A DNA stretch of 32,000 bases from Geotalea uraniireducens Rf4 (GTDB taxonomy: Bacteria; Desulfobacterota; Desulfuromonadia; Geobacterales; Geobacteraceae): the NCBI RefSeq assembly GCF_000016745.1, contig NC_009483.1:390001-422000 (forward strand), given 5' to 3'. The translations under genes were made by a program, and so were the position numbers. Positions within the stretch are counted from its first letter, which is position 1, and each line of letters opens with the position of its first letter. The notes under the pieces are model-generated. The model saw only the letters and a program-made list of their open reading frames with translations. It had not been told where the DNA came from and ran no database searches. This document shows, one piece after another, positions 28,085 to 32,000 of the stretch.

Positions 28085-29617
28085 TCAGGTAAAATGCCGG
28101 ACGATCTCCCCGGTCAGTGCTTCCAGGGTATATGCCGGGGGCTCGATATCCACCGGCAGTCCCAGTTCGCGGCAGGTCCGAGAAGTTATCGGGCCGATGG
28201 AGGCGATAGTCACCCCTTCCAGGAGGTTCAGCAGCCGGTTTTCACCGAGCATGGCGGCCAGGTTCTGGGCCGTTGATGAGGAGGTGAAGGTGATGCAGCG
28301 AATGCGCCGCTCTTCCAGTGCTTGCAGGGCTTCAGACGGCAGGGCCTCCGGGATGACGTTGCGGTAGGCGACGGGTGCTTCGATCTCCGCCCCCATCTTC
28401 TGCAGCTCCGTCGGGATGAGATCGCGCGCCCGGTCTGCCTTGGGGAAAAGGACCCGCTTGCCGTTCATGTCGAGGGATCTGAACGCTTCGATCACCCCTT
28501 CCGCCTTGTAATCGGCCGGCACCAGGTCTGCGATGATGCCGTACGTGGAGAGCGCAGCCGCTGTTTTGGGGCCCACGGCGCAGATGCGGCAGGGGCCGAT
28601 GGCCCTGCTGTCCAGCCCGCGATCGTGCAGGCGTGTGAAGAAGCTGCTGACGGCATTGCAGGAGGTGAAAATCAGCCAGGCGAAGGACGGCAGCGAGGCA
28701 ATGGCTCCGTCGAGCCCATCGAACGATTCCGGCGGCACGATCCGGATGGTGGGGCACTCGAAGACCTGGGCGCCGTAGCCCGCGAGGAGGCGGGAGAATT
28801 CGCCCGCCTGGTCGGCGGCCCGGGTTACCAGGACCCCCTTGCCGAAGAGGGGGCGGTTGTCGAACCAGCGCAGCTTGTCCCGAAGGGTGACCACGTTGCC
28901 GACGACGGTGATTGCCGGCGCCTTGAAGGCCGCCTTGCGCGCTTTGTCGGCGATGTCGGCCAGGGTGCCGACCAAAACCTCCTGCTCCGGCCTTGTCCCC
29001 CAGCGGATCAGGGCCACAGGCGTTTCTGCGCTTCTTCCGTGGGCCATCAGGTTTTGCGCGATCAAGGGCAGGTTCTTGATCCCCATGTAGAAGACCACCG
29101 TGCCGCTCCCGAGGGAAAGACGTTCCCAGTCGATGTCCGACGCTTCCTTGCCCGGGTTCTCGTGGCCGGTGACAAAGGCCACCGATGTGGTGAAGTCGCG
29201 GTGGGTAAGGGGTATCCCGGCGTAGGCGGCAGCGCCGATGCCGGCGGTCACCCCTGGTACGATCTCGAAGGGAATGCCTGACGCGACCAGGGTCTCGCAC
29301 TCTTCGCCGCCGCGGCCGAAGACAAAGGGGTCGCCCCCCTTGAGGCGGGCCACGACCTTTCCTTCGAGGGCCTTCTCCACCAACAGCTCATTGATCTGCC
29401 ACTGCTCGCGGTTATGGACACCCCCTACCTTGCCTGCATAGATCAGTTCTGCATGGGGTGCGGCGTAGGTGAGAAGGTGCTCGTTGGCCAGGTAATCGTA
29501 GAGGATGACGTCAGCCTTGCCGATGCAGTCGCGCCCCTTGACGGTTATCAGGCCGGGATCGCCGGGGCCGGCGCCGATGAGGTAGACAAAGCCGCGTTTT
29601 TTAGAAATTTCGGTCAT
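28085..29617 (-). CDS. cobA/hemD: Bifunctional uroporphyrinogen-III C-methyltransferase / uroporphyrinogen-III synthase
   Basis: 510 aa. The N-terminal half has SUMT motifs: VYLIGAGPGDPGLITVKG, VARLKGGDPFVFGRGGEE. The C-terminal half is HemD-like: VLVTRAADQAGEFSRLL... Confidence 0.9.
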   Translation of the reverse strand: MTEISKKRGFVYLIGAGPGDPGLITVKGRDCIGKADVILYDYLANEHLLTYAAPHAELIYAGKVGGVHNREQWQINELLVEKALEGKVVARLKGGDPFVFGRGGEECETLVASGIPFEIVPGVTAGIGAAAYAGIPLTHRDFTTSVAFVTGHENPGKEASDIDWERLSLGSGTVVFYMGIKNLPLIAQNLMAHGRSAETPVALIRWGTRPEQEVLVGTLADIADKARKAAFKAPAITVVGNVVTLRDKLRWFDNRPLFGKGVLVTRAADQAGEFSRLLAGYGAQVFECPTIRIVPPESFDGLDGAIASLPSFAWLIFTSCNAVSSFFTRLHDRGLDSRAIGPCRICAVGPKTAAALSTYGIIADLVPADYKAEGVIEAFRSLDMNGKRVLFPKADRARDLIPTELQKMGAEIEAPVAYRNVIPEALPSEALQALEERRIRCITFTSSSTAQNLAAMLGENRLLNLLEGVTIASIGPITSRTCRELGLPVDIEPPAYTLEALTGEIVRHFT

Positions 29618-29637
29618 GGATCAACGCCTGATTCAGT

Positions 29638-29698
29638 GGGAAATGGGAGCGCATGGGGAACAACGGGTAATGGGGGTATGGGTAAAGGGGCGGCTGGG
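29638..29698 (+). repeat. Array of eight G3-5 tracts with 3-7 nt loops (G-quadruplex-prone on the + strand; C-rich, G-poor on the mRNA)
   Basis: GGGaaatGGGagcgcatGGGGaacaacGGGtaatGGGGGtatGGGtaaaGGGGcggctGGG, in the hemC-cobA/hemD spacer. Confidence 0.8.
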
Positions 29699-29731
29699 CA
29701 CTCATACACCCATCCGCCCATCCACCGGTCC

Positions 29732-30688
29732 TTAAACGGGAATCTCTTTTTCCCGTGAAACTTCCCGCTGGTAGACTTCGGCAAGGATCTCGTGACCACC
29801 GTCCTTGAGCAGTTGCTCGGCAAGGGTGATGCCGAGTTTTTCGCACTCTTCAGCAGGTCCGCTGACGCTCCCCTTCACCGAGGTTTTGCCGTCCACCGAA
29901 GCGATGAAGCCGGTCAGCTTCAGCTGGTCGCCTTCAACCTCGCCGAATGCGGCAATGGGGACCTGGCAGCCCCCTTCGCAGCGCCAGAGAAGGGCGCGCT
30001 CGGCCCTGACCGCATAAGCGGTGGCGGGATGGTTGAAGAAGTCGATGGCGCTTTTCACCTCTTCGTTGTCGAGGCGGCATTCGATGCCGAGCGCCCCCTG
30101 GCCGATGGCCGGAATGGAAAGATCCGTGGGGAGGTACTCCGCCACCTTGTCGGTGAAGCCGAGTCGCTTCAGGCCGGCAGCGGCAAGGATTACGGCGTCG
30201 AGGTTCTCCGCCTCCAGCTTGTTGATGCGGGTTTCCACGTTGCCGCGGATGATGACCATCTCCATGTCCGGGCGGATTTTCAGCAGCTGGGCTTGGCGGC
30301 GCAGGGCGCTGGTGCCGATTTTCGCCCCTTTTGGCAGGTCGGCGAATTTTATGCCACGGGAAATGACCGCATCGCGCGGGTCTTCCCGCTCGGTAATGCA
30401 GTGCAGTCCCAGACCTTCGGGAAACTCGGTCGGCACATCCTTCATGCTGTGGACTGCAATGTCGATGTCGCCGCGCAGCATGGCCTCTTCGATCTCCTTG
30501 ACGAACAGCCCTTTCCCCCCCACCTGGGCCAGTGGCACGTCGAGGATCTTGTCGCCGATGGTCTTGATCTTGAGCAGGGATACTTCCAGCCCCGGATAAC
30601 GCTTTTCCAGCTCAGACTTCACCCAGTTGGCCTGCCAGAGCGCCAGCTGGCTGGCGCGTGTTCCTATGCGTAGAGTTTTCAGTGCCAT
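29732..30688 (-). CDS. hemC: Hydroxymethylbilane synthase (porphobilinogen deaminase)
   Basis: 318 aa. LRIGTRASQLALWQANWV...IAVHSMKDVPT...GTSALRRQAQL...RGNVETRINKL. AAAGGAGA SD. Confidence 0.93.
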   Translation of the reverse strand: MALKTLRIGTRASQLALWQANWVKSELEKRYPGLEVSLLKIKTIGDKILDVPLAQVGGKGLFVKEIEEAMLRGDIDIAVHSMKDVPTEFPEGLGLHCITEREDPRDAVISRGIKFADLPKGAKIGTSALRRQAQLLKIRPDMEMVIIRGNVETRINKLEAENLDAVILAAAGLKRLGFTDKVAEYLPTDLSIPAIGQGALGIECRLDNEEVKSAIDFFNHPATAYAVRAERALLWRCEGGCQVPIAAFGEVEGDQLKLTGFIASVDGKTSVKGSVSGPAEECEKLGITLAEQLLKDGGHEILAEVYQREVSREKEIPV

Positions 30689-30732
30689 TTATCCATATCT
30701 CCTTTAAAAAAAGTTAAAACCAGATCCATTTA

Positions 30733-32000
30733 TTATTCTTCCAGTTCTCCAAGTTCCTCAACTTCCGGCCTTGTCGTCTCCAGTTCAAAGAGGTTGCGCA
30801 GGGCATCGATGTAGAGATCGTTGCGATTGCCCTGCTCGGCACGCTTCAGTACGCTCGTCGGTTGGTGAAGCAGTTTGTTCATGATGGCGCTGGTCAATGC
30901 TTCCAGACGTTTTTCAGCGTCCGGCGGCAGCTCTTTCCAGTTGGCCAGGGTCTTTGCCAGTTCTGCGCGGCGGATCTCGTCAAATTTGCTGCGGAGCGCG
31001 ACGATGGTCGGAGTGACCTCCAGGGAGGAGAGCCATTTGAAAAACTGACCGATCTCCTGCTCGACAATTGCTTCCGCCTTCTCTGCCTCTTTGTTGCGCT
31101 GTTCCAGGTTTGTGGCGACAACGCCGTTCAGATCGTCAACGGTGTAGAGATAGATGTTTTCCACGTCGTTGACCTTGGGGTCGATGTCGCGGGGAACGGC
31201 GATGTCGATGAAAAACATCGGTTTCATCTTGCGTCGACGGATGACTTCTTCCACGTTCTTCGGCCCGATGATGAAGTGGGGGGCACCGGTGGAGGAGAGG
31301 ACGATGTCCGCCTTGTGCAGATGATCGAAGAGCTCTTCGTAATTGACCGCCTTGCCGTCGAACTCCTCCGCCAGCTTCACTGCCCGTTCAAAGGTGCGGT
31401 TGGTGACCATGACGCCGCGAACGCCGGTATTGATGAAGTGCTTGGCCGCCAGCTCGCACATCTCGCCGGCTCCGATGAGCATGACGGTCTTGTCGGAGAG
31501 GTCGCCGAAGATCTTCTTTGCCAGTTCGACGGCGGCAAATGCCACGGATACTGCGGACGAGGCGATCTTTGTTTCGGTGCGGACCCGTTTGGCAACGGAA
31601 AAGGCCTTGTGCAGGAAGCGGTTGAGGATGATGCCGGAGCTTTTGTATTCTGCGGCGTAACCGTAAGAGGTCTTGATCTGGCCCAGGATCTGCGGCTCGC
31701 CGACCACCATGGAGTCGAGGCTGGAGGCTACCCGGAACACGTGGCGGGTTGCTGCTTCACCGTGGTAACTGTAGAGGTGCGGCTCCAGAGTTTCCAGTGA
31801 AATGTTGTGGTAATCTGCCAGGAAACGCTTGAGCCGTGCGACACCGCCGGCAATGTCGCGAGTGGTGGCGTAAATCTCCACCCGGTTGCAGGTGGAAACG
31901 ATGACTGCTTCTGTGATGTCGGGTAGCGAGACAAGGGCGTGCAGAGGTTTTTCCATCTGCGTCGGGGCGAAGGCCACCTTTTCCCGTATCTCCACGGTGG
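30733..32000 (-). CDS. hemA: Glutamyl-tRNA reductase. The 5' end lies beyond the window end.
   Basis: Sequence includes ...[12 protein letters not shown]...[10 protein letters not shown]...[17 protein letters not shown]... The frame stays open to position 32000. The M at 31995 corresponds to the internal conserved (V)EIREKVAF, so the true start is upstream. Confidence 0.9.
   Translation of the reverse strand, partial: TVEIREKVAFAPTQMEKPLHALVSLPDITEAVIVSTCNRVEIYATTRDIAGGVARLKRFLADYHNISLETLEPHLYSYHGEAATRHVFRVASSLDSMVVGEPQILGQIKTSYGYAAEYKSSGIILNRFLHKAFSVAKRVRTETKIASSAVSVAFAAVELAKKIFGDLSDKTVMLIGAGEMCELAAKHFINTGVRGVMVTNRTFERAVKLAEEFDGKAVNYEELFDHLHKADIVLSSTGAPHFIIGPKNVEEVIRRRKMKPMFFIDIAVPRDIDPKVNDVENIYLYTVDDLNGVVATNLEQRNKEAEKAEAIVEQEIGQFFKWLSSLEVTPTIVALRSKFDEIRRAELAKTLANWKELPPDAEKRLEALTSAIMNKLLHQPTSVLKRAEQGNRNDLYIDALRNLFELETTRPEVEELGELEE

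Overview
High-GC (roughly 60%) chromosomal segment. The gene content looks like a Geobacter-type Desulfuromonadota genome: cobA/hemD fusion, fused nuoBCD, and many GGDEF, MCP and PAS signalling genes. That assignment is inference, not a database result. Almost all genes are on the minus strand.

Gene order, left to right:
- 5' part of a GGDEF cyclase, then a V4R protein.
- An atypical nuo segment: nuoF, DUF488, mono-haem cytochrome c, nuoE, fused nuoBCD, nuoA.
- A thioredoxin-2 gene split by an in-frame TGA at the catalytic Cys (candidate selenoprotein).
- Glycine-cleavage operon gcvT-gcvH-gcvPA-gcvPB.
- CDA-fold deaminase, tRNA-Phe, a YeiP/EfpL-like EF-P paralogue, S4-domain protein, SUI1/YciH.
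- Membrane PAS histidine kinase, MBL hydrolase, cupin, hemB.
- A stand-alone FtsH-like (M41) peptidase domain.
- MCP plus PhnD-like binding protein (visibly lower GC).
- Tat-signal DUF362 protein.
- A small accessory islet: ParE-type TA, orphan MNT, HicB/HicA, and an AT-rich remnant carrying a radical-SAM fragment.
- DUF1992 plus a small hypothetical at the tail of the hemA-hemC-cobA/hemD operon.

Most notable observations:
1. Two hairpin elements built from inverted arrays of GTTCGAA/GTTCGAG heptamers. Each sits exactly at a nuo cistron junction, abutting the next start codon. One overlaps the 3' end of nuoA.
2. The Sec-candidate thioredoxin 2 (U-P-H-C), with a 10-bp stem-loop directly after the UGA.
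3. A purine-rich direct repeat of about 41-52 bp, in two clear copies plus one degenerate copy, that brackets the DUF362/TA islet.
4. A G-tract array with 8 tracts in the hemC-cobA/hemD spacer.

No CRISPR array, rRNA, transposase or integrase was seen. I cannot name a complete novel multi-gene system from sequence alone.
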